Below, piece after piece: positions 35,962 through 48,912 of a stretch of 64,000 nt of DNA. Position numbers and translations under genes: made by a program. The number at the start of each line of letters is the position of its first letter. The stretch's first letter is position 1. The notes beneath the pieces are model-generated. The model was given only the letters and a program-made list of their open reading frames with translations. It searched no databases and was not told the DNA's origin. Source of the DNA: Nemertoderma westbladi (Eukaryota; Animalia; Xenacoelomorpha); NCBI GenBank assembly GCA_032718475.1, contig JAUCBJ010001486.1, positions 1 through 64,000 of the forward strand, read 5' to 3'.

Positions 35962-36725
35962 GGTATTTTTTCCTGGTGCAGAAATCATTCTCAATCGCTT
36001 CGATCGTCCTCACTGTTATTATAATTCGTCTCCAACATAGATGCCACACGTGTTACGAGTTCCCCCAACATCTGCGTGGGATATTCTTCAACAAGTTGGC
36101 CCCGTGGTTCGGTGTTCAACTTCCTCCTGTTGTCATTCAAAGAGCCCGCGCAAAACGAGAGAGAACGAGACGCCAATCATTTGTCACCAAATCTGATGAA
36201 GTCCAGGCAACCATACAACGCCGTCTTAGTATAAAAGTTGATAATACTGATGACGTTAGTACTGATGATACTGGGGAGGCGAATTTCAACATCTCTGAGC
36301 GCAAACATTCGTCGCGGACAACGTGTAAAGGAAAACTACATAACAGACATAATATATTCCGGTTACATAAAAGTATAAAAGAAAAGATAAATACCAGCTT
36401 AGTTTCTCGGAAGTACACCAAAAAGAACTCACCAAAGAAAGTGAACCTCAGTGAATATTCGCCTATTCCAGAGATAAGACGATGTAATATTCTAGACAAT
36501 GATTCGTCCAGTTATTTGCTTTCACAAGCTTACGAATTGGTGAAGAATGTTGAGTTGATGGCAGCTATGGCTAGTTCAACACCAACTGTTAATGAAATGG
36601 AATGGACCATCAGTGCTTGTATTCTAGAACGGATTGTTGGTTTATTATTCGCTATATTTTCTGTTGGGACAGCTATTGGAATACTAACTGTTGCGTCATT
36701 GAGTCAGTATAAATGTTTAGGTTAG
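35962..36725 (+). CDS. pLGIC terminal exon with M3, long intracellular loop and M4
   Basis: ttttcag acceptor; reads YFFLVQKSFSIASIVLTVIIIRLQHR...EWTISACILERIVGLLFAIFSVGTAIGIL; the five exons total 1473 nt (490 aa plus stop), all in frame. Confidence 0.9.
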
Positions 36726-38399
36726 CTGCAAGTTCAGAAGCCTTTCTGTCGAAAAACTGAAAACGAGGGCAATAATATTTATTTATTTCTTGGTAAATAA
36801 AATGTAGAACATTATTTTACTATTACTTTACTTTACTATTTTACTATTTTACTATATACACGATATATTTACCAAGTGTAGCGATGTTAATACAATCAGA
36901 TTATTAGTAGGCAAATAGCCAGAGCCAATCAGAAGCCTTGGTTAACTAAACCAATCACACAGTAAGCCCTCCCAATCTCCGTTAGATCACTACTGGGTAC
37001 ACAGTACCAAAAGTAAGTACCAAAAAAAAAATGTATAAAAAGGATTCAACTTAATGTAAAAACTCAACTCTAGTATCGTAACGAAATTCAGATTTTGATA
37101 ACAATTTTGGACTACTTACAACGTCACCCTCCCCACCTATACCAACAAAGCATTGTAGAAATAACTGCGTGAAAATATTTGTAGAAACATTGGGTGGAAG
37201 GAATAATTACGACACTATATTCCAGGATATGGTGTATAGCGTGACCTGAATACTGTAATTTACACATCCCCCGTGAGGGCACGCCCCAACCAAAGAGTCT
37301 CGAGTGAGCGAAAGTTGTACTACTGTATCTTGCAATGTTTTCTATGAATTTTCGTGAGAAAAATAGGATTTTTCATAAAAATTATTATTTATTTCATGGG
37401 AAAAAAGTAGAACGTTTTTCATTATTCACGAAGAATTTTATTTACCGGGCGCTAGCGAGGTTAATAAAGGGTCGAGAGAATATTGAAAAAAAAATGTTCT
37501 ACTTTTTTTCCTATGTAATACGTAATTTTATTCTTAAATTTGTACTTTTATGTTACTCAATTCTTCAATAAAAGATAGAGTGTTATTAAATATATTGAAC
37601 TGTAGTATTTACTATATTGCTTCCATAGTTACTGCGATTCAAATTACTGTACTCTTCAACTCCTGATGCTGCCATTAAATAATTTATTGTTCTCGAATAT
37701 TTATTTAGAGAGCCGCTTAATAAGGTAACTAAGGTTGTAATAACTTTTGAGTGTGTGCATGGATTTTTCTCAAATTACGTGCAAATCTTTTCTACTTCGA
37801 TGCTTTTTCAACACCATGTAATACAATTTAGGAAAATCCACCAAAAATATTTTATTTTACTTGTTCGCCGTGAAAAAAGTAAAATCAATGCCATCCTATG
37901 GGTTATTTTTTTCCCTAGGCAAAAAAGTGAAAATTTTTATCCCCATTTTGGAGTATGTTCGAGCGAAAACGTAAAAATTTAAGAATAAAATATATAATTA
38001 TATTCTGATTACAGTTCTCAAAACTACCCGGTGGTATAGAATTATTAAACAACATTTTTTTTCCCATTGTGCAGGCCATGTGTCATGTTACTTTCGCCTG
38101 GTTGAGGTTCAATGGTGGCATTCCTCTGCCACCTTTGACCCCCCAGGGTTTAGCGCATATGACAAGACCAAGCAGTAGATGAAAAATCAGCTGACTACGA
38201 GTATCATGCAAAGAACTCAGTTATCATTGCAGATGAAGTCTTGTTGGATAGAATATCGTCCAACTGTTGGACTGTTGGTCAGCTTGTACCGCACGTACCG
38301 CACATTTGCGAACGAGTGCGTTAAGTTGCGGAATGCTCGGCTTGGTCTGCCCTACGATGACATCATGATGCTGGTCCAATCGTAGTCCGTGAGGATGGC

Positions 38400-38740
38400 T
38401 CGACTGCTATAGCTTATGGCCAAGCTCAACCCAATCCTGATGTCGGGCCCCAACAATGTAACACACAATGCCTTTCAAAGCTCAGAATGAGGTGATTCAC
38501 GCCATTGCCACATGTCCTCATCAAGGATCTCATCGCCAAAGTCAACGGCTCAAGCTACATTGCCATGCTGGATGACAAGACGGATGTGAGCTCCACACAG
38601 CAGATTATGCCAGTCTGTGTATGGTTTACTGATGGGAACAACAGCACGGTAAGTTTCTTTGCTCCGTGCAGGTCAGTTATGGATTTCACTGGCCCAAGGG
38701 TACGATTTGTATCGACTACGATGTCCGTCCAGTCACCTTA
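38400..38740 (+). pseudogene. hAT-type transposase remnant
   Basis: YIAMLDDKTDVSSTQQ.MPVCVWF resembles the hAT first catalytic strand FS(I)xxDExTDxSxxEQ. Confidence 0.55.
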
Positions 38741-38745
38741 AAGGT

Positions 38746-39088
38746 GTCTTAACCTCGAATGATAAGTTTATTTTACCGAAAATAACTTATCTTTTATTGG
38801 CGCAATTGTAGGACTAATCCCATCACATGCGTACTTTTTAACCGGGTAGTGTACAAATTTAAGAATCGCGTAATTTTTATTGAAATTAATATCTCATATC
38901 TCTCCAAACCACGTACGCGTTTCGACCTTACTGGGTCTCATCAGCGTGGTGTCGTCGACACCACGCTGTTGAGACCCAGTAAGATCGAAACATAGGGATT
39001 AGTCCTACAATTGCGCCAATAAAAGATAATAATAATAATAATAATAAGTTATTTTCGGTAAAATAAACTTATCATTCGAGGTTAAGAC
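38746..39088. mobile_element. Penelope-like/retrozyme-type foldback fragment
   Basis: 38746-38822 is inverted at 38993-39088; 38919-38953 is inverted at 38957-38991; contains a hammerhead motif. Confidence 0.7.
38908..38950 (-). ncRNA. Minimal type I hammerhead ribozyme
   Basis: Minus strand reads ACCACG-CUGAUGA-GACC CAGUAA GGUC-GAAAC-GC-GUA|CGUGGU: stems I and II, a full catalytic core, palindromic stem III (ACGCGU) and a GUA cleavage triplet. Confidence 0.85.
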
Positions 39089-39105
39089 CCTTAGATCCCT
39101 TCCTA

Positions 39106-39787
39106 TTGAAAGTCCTCAGCAAGTCTCTGATCGGATGAGCATAAGCTCAAAGGATGGTATGCTTGAGCATGTGGACGACTTCTGTTACCTGGGAGCATGG
39201 ATCCGGAAGTCAGGTGAGGACCTTCGAATACGTAAGGGAAAGGCATGGGCAGCCTTGAATAGGCTTTCCAGGATTTGGAAGTCACCGAGAATTAATCGGA
39301 AACTTAAGGTCCGATTATTTAGAGCAGCAGTAGTTCCAGTACTCCTCTACGGGAGTCCATGCTGGGCTCTAACTGCTGAGGACACCAAATCTCTGGATGG
39401 CACATTCACAAGAATGCTACGCCGGGTACATTGTGTCAAGTACAATGCACACATCTCCAACCAGACACTATATAACATTGGAGGTGTCTCATTGGTTCCC
39501 CCAAGCTTGACACTAGAACAAAATCGCCTCCGCTTTGCAGGACATTGCTTTCGCCGTGAGGACCAGCCAGTGCATAATCTTGTACTTTGGCAGCCTCATG
39601 GAGTGAATAAGCATGGTGGACAGCCCATGACTTTCTTGAGACGCATCTTAAAGGACACTGGCCTTAAAGATGCGGATGAACTAGCAAATGTCATGGGTGA
39701 TAGGGAGTTGTGGCGGTGCAATTTTGTTGACAAGCCGGCACAGCATTCTTAAAAATGCAGCTGCAATGCAGCATGCCGATCCTAGTA
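39106..39787 (+). mobile_element. RTE family B 3' fragment with TAG tail
   Basis: ORF 39135-39752 (VDDFCYLG...LLYGS..W...RLRFAGH); ends CCTAGTAG. Confidence 0.9.
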
Positions 39788-40829
39788 GTCCCTTCCTATA
39801 ATAAATGTATAATAACAAACACCTCGAAAATTACAGCATGCCAACACATTGTTACTATCAATAATCCTTAAAGGTGTGCAACTGTTGATTAGGAAGCAGT
39901 TCGGAAAGACTCTCGCCATCTATCGTTGGATGAGATGAGCTCATGGGGAGTGATTGTGGAAGCAAATCCCATAATTATGTGAAACTGCTCAAGGGTATAA
40001 AGTATAGTATCGTAACATTCGTAATGGTGATTGTAAGGACTGGTGAAACAGATTTTCGACTGGACATTGTAGAAATTGCTATTCGCAATTTGGTTGACAC
40101 TTAATAGGGGGATATTATGCTGATACCGGCATATTAGCAGGAACATGCACCATATGTTTAGGTGTAGAACTGTCACTGTTAGCGCTTTTTAAATATTTCA
40201 CACTGTTGTCATTAAAGTGATAATTGAATGTACCGACATACTGACTAACAGGGTTTTTTAAATGTATATATTAACTTAAAAGTAAACACAAGATTCTTAC
40301 ACCCCTTAAACTACAAAAAAATATAGAATCAGGACATTAAAGCCCAAAATACTCTCCAGTCTGGAAAGTATTTTGGGCTTTAATGTCCTGAATTAATTAT
40401 TTTTGCTCTAGTCCTACCTCTTCACGGCGACAAAATTGTCCTATATATTTCTTATAGAATATAGGCTTAGCTTTCGTGCAGTTTATTACTGGTATCATTT
40501 AGTGTATGGCGGTTAGGTTTTAGGCTTGCATTTAGTTTTATTACAGCCATACCCATACAAGTGTAAAAATAATGCTCTCTGGCCTGTACATTTCCTTATA
40601 AAGTTAGACAACAATATTCAATCAATTAATTTAAAATTGTCGATCTAAAAATTGTTTAATTTATTATAATTAGAGACCGTTAGGGCTTCTTGTTGTCAAA
40701 AAACATATGTTTGTTTGTTTGTCTGTGTGTGTGCGTGCACATTGATATTGGCTTGGAAGAGAACCTGTTCTACATGTTGGGATGTCAAGTATATGTGGAG
40801 GTTTAACTCTGTCTTCGTTCAATCCAAAC

Positions 40830-43628
40830 CATCACCCCATCATCATAATGATGATCTAAGGACATGCGTAGAACATAGTCAAGCACAATTATGAACAAGA
40901 ATGGTGCAAGTGCGTCTCTCTGGAGGACGCCCCATAACACTTCAAATGGTTATGTGTCACTGTCAACAGTAGACACAAATGTTGTCGAACCATCGTATAC
41001 TGATCTGATTGCTGCAATAATTTCATCAGGAATCCCATATAATGAAAGTATGCTGAACATACGTGAGCGAGAGACTGAATCAAAGGCCTTGAAGAAGTCA
41101 ACAAAGATAACAGCCAGATGCCTGTCTTTCTTTTTTGATAACTCTTCAAGTATCCTTCTAAGTGCCAAAATGGGCTCCATGGTCCCACGACCTTTACGGA
41201 ACCCATTCTGATTTCCACGGAGCAGTCTCTCAATGGGATCCCTGATGCGTTTATTATAATTCTATTGTATAGCTTTGCAGCAATTGAGATCAATGAGATT
41301 CTCCGAAAAGAACCATAGTGTTAGGTTGCCCTTCTTGGGAACTGGCACCACTTTGTTTTTATTTCTTGTGGGACTCTTGTTGATCGGTACATGTCTACTA
41401 AGATGGGATAGATGAGCTTTAAACACTCAGGTATTTCAAAGACCCAGGGGGAACACCATCTACTCCACTGGCACGATTGGTCTTAATGCTCTTTGCAGCA
41501 ACCTTCACTTCTGCAAAGGAGATATCGACAATGGGAATATCTGGGAGTACAGACTCAGACACTTTTACTTCTTTAAAGTTATCAGGCAATACCCTGTCAT
41601 TATTGAGGAGCTTTTCAAATTGGGCCTTCCAACCATTGAGGTGATTCAGCATTAACCTTGGTGGTTGGTTGGCTTTTCCGACCAGTAAGCAAATTGATCG
41701 ATTTCCATGCCTTGGATGATTTCCTGCTGTCGTCAGCATCATTGATGGCAACAACCTGCTGGTTTATTAGCTCCTGTAGATTAACAGAGTACTGCCTGTT
41801 CAGGGACCTAGATGCAGCCTCAACTGCATTCTTTGCCGCTGTAGTCTTTTGAGTCGGGACTCTTTCTGCGCCTTATAGAGGTCATTTCGGCACTTCTGAA
41901 TTTTGTTGTCAGTCCAGGGGGCCCTTTTCCTGTTTCGAGGGTATACAGGAACTGTTTCTGCAGCTTAAACTTAACTGCTTCTGTGAAGGCAGTATAGCCC
42001 TCACAGTGATCTGCCGCCTCAGAGGCAAGAACCTCATACCTGTTGCTCAGCTGTAGTGTGAAGCTGGATCTCACACTTGGCTGTTGCAACAGAGAGGACC
42101 AGTCATGCCGCGACAAGGCAGATTTCATTGTTCTGCTAGCACGCAGACTAAGTCTTACCTTGGCCACAATAAGGCAGTGATCGCTGGAGAAAGGTCGAAG
42201 TGTAAATGCATTACAGTCTTGTATAGAGCTCCTGTATTTCCTACGAAACAGAATATGGTCTATCTGGGACTTGTGACCACTGGGTCCACTATGAGTCCAT
42301 AGCTTTCCAGTTCGCATCTTGAACTGGGTTCCAGCCGAAAACAATCCATTTCCAGAGATAAAATCCTGAAGATGGACGGAATTTCGGTTAACACTATTGC
42401 TATAGACCCAGGGCGATGTAGGTGATTGATGCAAACTTGCATTAAAGTCTCCCAGGAATGCTAAGAATGCATGCTGATCCACTCCATCAGTAGCTGCTTG
42501 TAGATTGTGGTAGAAATTCTCCACCTCCTCTACAGGGGCAACACTAGTTGGAGAGTAGCACACAATCAGAACCACCATAGGAAACTTCTTAACCAGTCTT
42601 CCAGAACATGAGAAGTGGCAACCGATGATGCGGTTAGAGATTTGGTCTATTTTGTCCAATGCCGCATGTGCAGTTGGATTCATCAATAGACCAATTCCAC
42701 TATTGCCACAATCATCTGCTGCCGCGAGGGCGAGTCACCAACCGCCTCCATGTCCTTAATCAGAACCTCATCAGTCTGTCCAGTCTGCATTCGGTGCTCT
42801 TGAACACCCACTGCGCTAAGAGAAACGTTATCTGCCAAGACAGTCAGCTCACATTGTCAAATTGGGGATCCGAATGTTAGGGTGTTTACTGAGGCTAGTC
42901 TAGTGACTTGCCTCAGATTCACCAATGGCTTTGTTGGTCGGGGTGGAACATGAGAGTAGCCTCCAACTCCAGAATCCCTCTCCCCCTCACAATCTGGCCT
43001 CCCTGGTGACCCAGGGATTGGGCCAGAAAGGTCATCAGGAAAGGGACTCAAAGAATTGTTGGCTGCTCTCCCTCCAGTAGGGGGTGAGACAGGCAGCCGG
43101 TCAGGAGATAACTGACGCCTGTGAGGCCGATTGTGTCCGGTAATTCCACCGGTAATTCCGCATTACTAATGTAATCCAAAGTGGGGGTTGGGGGGTGCTT
43201 TTTTGCCGAGTCAGTTCTCGGGGCAAATACCACACCCTGGTTTGCCATTCCACAGGGTGGGTGTCGCAGCGGAGTCAGATATGAGGCCCATGACCCATAT
43301 CTACTCTGGCGCACATGACCCACCATTGGCTGTGCAGCTCATCTGCTGGGTCATGCCCTGTACCCCTGCTGCCAGGTACAGGTCGCAGTGAAGTGCACTC
43401 AGAGTGGACATGAGAACACTCTACTCCTGACCAGCCATTGGTAGATCACCATCTGCCTGGCCAGGCCATATACCCCTGCAGCCAAGTATATGGGTCCTTA
43501 ATCCAGGACCAAGGGTGTCCTTACCCCAGAACGAAGTGGGTCTTAGTTACAGGGCCAGATTTGCCCTAGTAAGAGGGTCTATGCAGCTACAGGTGGCACC
43601 TACTTTATGCTGCATGGAGGTGGCAAGT
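40830..43628 (-). mobile_element. RTE family B 5' portion (5' UTR, APE endonuclease, start of RT), frameshifted and 3'-truncated
   Basis: YSPT, LGDFNA, SQIDHI and SDH endonuclease motifs; FVDFFKAFDSV; overlaps in sequence with 18180-18538. Confidence 0.88.
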
Positions 43629-43669
43629 TTTCTCGATCAATGACCTAGAAAACCTGACCTAACCTGACC

Positions 43670-45164
43670 TGAGGACCAAATCCACGAACAAGGACCAAAT
43701 CCATGAACAAGGACCAAATCAATGAACAAGGACCAAATCCACGAACAGGGACCAAATCCAAAATCAAGAACCAAATCCATGACCAAAGTTCAAATCCACG
43801 AACAAGGACCAAATCGACGAACATGGACCAACTCAAAATCCAGGAACAAGGACCAAATCCACGAACATGAAACAACCCCATGAACAAGGACCAAATCCAC
43901 GAACAATGACCAAATCCATGAACAAGGACCAAATCCTCGAACAAGGACCAAATCTACAAACAAGGACCAAATCCATAAACTTGGACTAAACCCATGATCT
44001 AGGATCAAATCCACGAACAAGGACCAAATCCACGAATATGGACCAAATCCATGAACAAGGACCAACCCCATGAACAAGGACCATATCCAGGAACAAGGAC
44101 CAAATCCACGAACAAGAAACAACCCCATGAACAAGGACCAAATCCACGAACAATGACCAAATCCATGAACAAGGACCAAATCCACGAACATGGACCAAAT
44201 CCACAAACATGGACCAAATCAACGAACAAGGACCAAATCTACGAACAAGTATCAATTCCACGAACAAGAACCAAATCCATGAACATGGACTAAACCCATG
44301 AAGAAGGACCAAATCCATGATGACGAACCAAATCCATGAACAAGGACCAAAACCACGAACAAGGACCAAATACCACGAACAAGGACCAAATCCACCAACA
44401 AGGACCAAATCCACAAACAAGGAGCAAATCCACGAACATGGACCAAATCCACGAACATGGACCAAATCCACGAACAAGGCCAAATCCATGAACAAGGACC
44501 AAATCCACGAACAAGGGCCAAATCCACGAACAAGGACCAAATCCATGAACAATGATCAAATCCATGAACAAGGACCAAATCCATGAACATGGACCAAATC
44601 CACGAACAAGGATCAACCCCATGAATAAGGACAAAATCCTTGAACAAGGACCAAATCCACGAACATGGACCAACCCCATGAACAAGAACCAAATCCATGA
44701 ACAAGGACCAAATCCACGAACAAGGACCAAATCCACGAACAAGGTCCAAATCCATGAACAAGGACCAAATCCACGAACATGGACCAACCCCATGAACAAG
44801 GACCAAATCCACGAACATGGACCAACCCCATGAACAAGAACCAAATCCATGAACAAGGACCAAATCCACGAACATGGACCAACCCCATGAACAAGAACCA
44901 AATCCATGAACAAGGACCAAATCCACGAACAAGGACCAAATCCACGAACAAGGTCCAAATCCATGAACAAGGACCAAATCCATGAACATGGACCAAATCC
45001 ATGAACAAGGACTAAATCTACAAACAAGAATCAAATCCACGAACAAGGAACAAATCCATGAACAAGGACCAAATCCATGAACAAGGACCAAATCCACAAA
45101 CAAGGATCAAATCCACGAACAAGGAACAAATCCACGAACAAGGACCAAATCCATGAACAAGGAC
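43670..45164. repeat. 19-bp minisatellite (AGGACCAAATCCAYGAACA)
   Basis: Roughly 78 tandem units. Confidence 0.97.
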
Positions 45165-46000
45165 ATGATGGGTGATTGTAGACCTCCAAGTACACTACAG
45201 ATATTAGATACAGAACGCGTGATGGGTGATTGTAGACCTCTAAGTACACTACAGATATTAGATACAGAACGCGTGATGGGTGATTTTAGACCTCCAAGTA
45301 CACTACAGATATTAGATACAGAACGCGTGATGGGTGATTGTAGACCTCCAAGTACACTACAGATATTAGATACAGAACGGGTGATTGTAGACCTCCAAGT
45401 ACACTACAGATATTAGATACAGAACGGGTGATTGTAGACCTCCAAGTACACTACAGATATTAGATACAGAACGGGTGATGGGTGATTGTAGACCTCCAAG
45501 TACACTACAGATATTAGATACAGAACAGGTGATGGGTGATTGTAGACCACCAAGTACACTACAGATATTAGATACAGAACGCCTGATGGGTGATTGTAGA
45601 CCTCCAAGTACACTACAGATATTAGATACAGAATAGGTGATGGGTGATTGTAGACCTCCAAGTACACTAAAGATATTAGATCAGAACGGGTGATGGGTGA
45701 TTGTAGACCTCCAAGTACACTAAAGATATTAGATACAGAACGGGTGATGGGTGATTGTAGACCTCCAAGTACACTAAAGAAATTAGATCAGAATGGGTGA
45801 TGGGTGATCATAGACCACCAAGTTCACCACAGATATTAGATACAGAACGTGTGATGGGTGATTGTAGACCTCCAATTACACTACAGATAATAGATACAGA
45901 ACGCGTGATGGGTGATTGTAGACCTCCAAGTAAACTACAGATATTAGATACAGAACGGGTGATGCGTGATTGTAGACCACAAAGTACACTACAGATATTA
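45165..46000. repeat. 45-bp satellite, left part
   Basis: GTGATGGGTGATTGTAGACCTCCAAGTACACTACAGATATTAGATACAGAACG.-like units. Confidence 0.97.
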
Positions 46001-47940
46001 GTAGAGTAGAAGTTCAAAACCGCTTTGAAGCACTTCAGTCAATGGATGAAGACCAATCCACCGATTCAATATACCAGAATATAATAACAGCCCACAAGGA
46101 ATCAGCTTAAGAGGCATATCCCCCAGAAACCTAAACGAAAACAGTATGTGCCATGGCAAAACTCTGAGGTTACTTGTAAGAGAGAAGATCTTAAGATAGC
46201 CTACAAAGTTAAAACCGAACAACCAACAACCGAAAACATTAACAAGGTTGAGAAAGCTAAGGACGATCTTAAATGGGCCTACAACATCAGCCAGGAAAAG
46301 TACATACAGGATAAAACTGAAGCAATTACAACTGCTCACATACAGCAACAATCAAGACTTACCTGGCAAACTGTAAATGAGGTATCTGGTCGGAAATCTT
46401 GTGCAAAGGGGCGCCTCAAAGCTGATAGTCCTGAAGAACGTGTTGGTAAGTGGAAAAATCACTTCAGCAACTTGCTTGGGCAGCCACCAAACATCGAGGT
46501 CAGCCCTACAAGGAAAATATATGACAAGACACTACCTATAGAAACAGGGGACTTCACACCTGCCGAACTCCAAAGAAGCATTAAAAGCATGTCCAATAAT
46601 AAAGCGAGTGGATTAGATGAAATCCCAGCGGAGGTATGGAAAACCGGAGTGCTAAATAGACCATTATTGAATGTTTGCAACCGGATGTTAAAAGGGGAAA
46701 AGCCACCACCAATTTGGACTAAAGGTCAACTAAAGCATCTCCCTAAGAAAGGAGACCTCGGCATACCAACAAACTATCGTGGGATATGTCTGCTTGTGGT
46801 AGCTGCCAAAATATACAATAATATGATTCTATATAGGATTAGGCCTCACATAGAGAAACTACTGCGTAAGAGCCAAAACGGATTTCGACCAAGTAGATCA
46901 ACAATAGCTCAGATACTTGCACTACGGAGACTGATTGAAGGAATTAAGTCAAAGAATCTCCCCGCAGTCATGACTTTTGTGGACTTCAAGAAGGCATTCG
47001 ACTCCATCCATAGAGGTAAAATGCATGAAATCCTAAGAGCTTATGGAATACCAGAAGTAATTGTTGCTGGCATTGGATTGTTATATTGTGACACAGAAGC
47101 GCAGGTACTCTCACCAGATGGAGAAACTGAGTTTTTCTCAATCCTGGCTGGCGCACTGCAAGGTGACACATTAGCACCATTACTATTTGTAATTGTGCTG
47201 GATTACGCAATGAGGGCGGCCACAAAGGGTGAAGATCTGGGATTCACACTTCAAGAATGCAGAAGTAGTAGATATCCGGCAACTACAGTCACAGACACCG
47301 ACTTTGCGGATGACATCACCCTGCTCTCTAATATGCTAGAAGATGCACAGCGTCTACTAAATAAAGTGGAGAGGGCTGCTAAGGAGGTTGGATTGCATAT
47401 AAATGCTACCAAGACCGAATTCATGACCTTTAATGTTGATGGAAACTTGACAACCATTGATAATAATCAACTAAGGAAGGTCGATGACTTCCAGTACCTT
47501 GGATCATGGATAGAGAGTAGCAAAAAGGACATAGAAGTTAGGAAAGCAAAGGCTTGGGTAGTTCTATCAAAAATGGATACCATCTGGAAATCAGATCTCT
47601 CCAGGCACCTGAAGACTAAGTTCTTTCGAGCCACAGTGGAAAGTGTATTTTTATACAGGGGTGAGACTGTAGTGGTGGTCGCTCCGTGTGATACCTGGGG
47701 GAAAAATAATAATAATAAGATTACTGACTGTTCTGATAGGTACTACTGTACTATGACTGTACCAGGAGCCAGGAGCTCGGTACTGACTGACTGATGGCAT
47801 TTATATATATATATATATATATCTGTATATCGTATTGCTTGTTATATATATTGTATATGTATTGAACATCTGAATGGTATTACACTGACTTTATGAGATA
47901 ACGATATTATATGTTGTTCTCCCAACTACCTTCGTTATAT

Positions 47941-47953
47941 TGGTGACCCGGAC
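47941..47953 (+). promoter_or_regulatory. tRNA primer-binding site (tRNA-Trp type)
   Basis: TGGTGACCCGGAC one base after the 5' LTR; CsRn1-clade elements use tRNA-Trp. Confidence 0.75.
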
Positions 47954-48005
47954 AGCCAGAACCTTTAATAAACATAATTTATCAATACAACACAATACAG
48001 CAATA

Positions 48006-48866
48006 ATGCCAGACGGACCAGCCGACGGAGTAGAGCAAGCGGGTATCGATAACAACAATCCAACCGGTCTGCCGGTAAACCGGATATCAGTAAAACCTCC
48101 TGTCTTTTTCAGGTCGAACCCTGAAGTTTGGTTCAGAACCCTGGAATCGCACTTCGCATTGTCAGGTATTACCAACGAAACTACGAAATTTCACCACGTC
48201 ATGGCGAATCTACCGGAGGATGTTGCGATAAACATATCCGCTGACATCGATACCTACACCAACATAAAAGCTACGATATTAAACCTCTACCAAAAGACAA
48301 AATCTGAATTGCTAGAGGAGGCTCTAGGCCAAGTTACGCTTGACGGGCAGAAGCCGTCACTGGTCTACCTACGAATCAAAAGGAAGTTGCAACAATGCAA
48401 CCTGACAGCTGACGACGACCTCGTCCGTCACAAGTTGCTTCAAGCCCTTCCAATCACAGCAAGATCCGCTTTACTCGCTCATCTGAGTCTGCCACCTGAG
48501 GAATTTGCTTCCCTCGCTGACACAATCCTGCAATTCACCGGAAACCAACCTACACACGCTGTAGCCAAAGTTCAACTGGAGTTCAATGGAGATTATCAGG
48601 ATAGACCCCAGCCCCAGCAGTATGAATACAAACTGAAAACGAGGCAGCCACAATCGTACGGTTCATTCGGTGCCCTCTATCCATTTTCCGAGGGCCAGAA
48701 ACCGAAAGTATGTCGGTACCACGTGTTTTACGGCGAGAATGCGAAAAAGTGTAAAGATTGGTGTCGCTGGCCTGGACGTAAACCGCGATCTATGGATCCT
48801 TCGTCGAGGGCCGGTTCGCGTTCAAGTTCGCCCGTTCCCCCCGCTCAACACGACGCGGGAAACTAG
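48006..48866 (+). CDS. gag: Gypsy Gag with CHCC nucleocapsid motif
   Basis: KPPVFFRSNPEVWF...; CRYHVFYGENAKKCKDWC; first ATG at 48006. Confidence 0.88.
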   Translation: MPDGPADGVEQAGIDNNNPTGLPVNRISVKPPVFFRSNPEVWFRTLESHFALSGITNETTKFHHVMANLPEDVAINISADIDTYTNIKATILNLYQKTKSELLEEALGQVTLDGQKPSLVYLRIKRKLQQCNLTADDDLVRHKLLQALPITARSALLAHLSLPPEEFASLADTILQFTGNQPTHAVAKVQLEFNGDYQDRPQPQQYEYKLKTRQPQSYGSFGALYPFSEGQKPKVCRYHVFYGENAKKCKDWCRWPGRKPRSMDPSSRAGSRSSSPVPPAQHDAGN

Positions 48867-48912
48867 ATACCCTCAGTGTAAAAGCTGCGAACACTGAGGG
48901 TGAAGGTGCAGC
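48857..48912 (+). promoter_or_regulatory. Programmed -1 ribosomal frameshift signal (G GGA AAC plus pseudoknot)
   Basis: Slippery heptamer 48857-48863; 11-bp stem 48869-48879/48891-48901; loop GCTGC can pair with GCAGC 48908-48912; pol is open in the -1 frame. Confidence 0.85.

Noticed and set aside
39106-43628. Twin-priming inversion joining the two RTE-B pieces
   Set aside because: The tail points inward and ~1 kb of unrelated DNA lies between them; more likely separate copies
43400-43640. HDV-like ribozyme at the RTE 5' end, as known for many RTEs
   Set aside because: I could not build the nested double pseudoknot by eye; needs an RNArobo or Infernal search
43645-46017. Many overlapping Cys/Trp-rich ORFs
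   Set aside because: Products of the 19-bp and 45-bp tandem arrays
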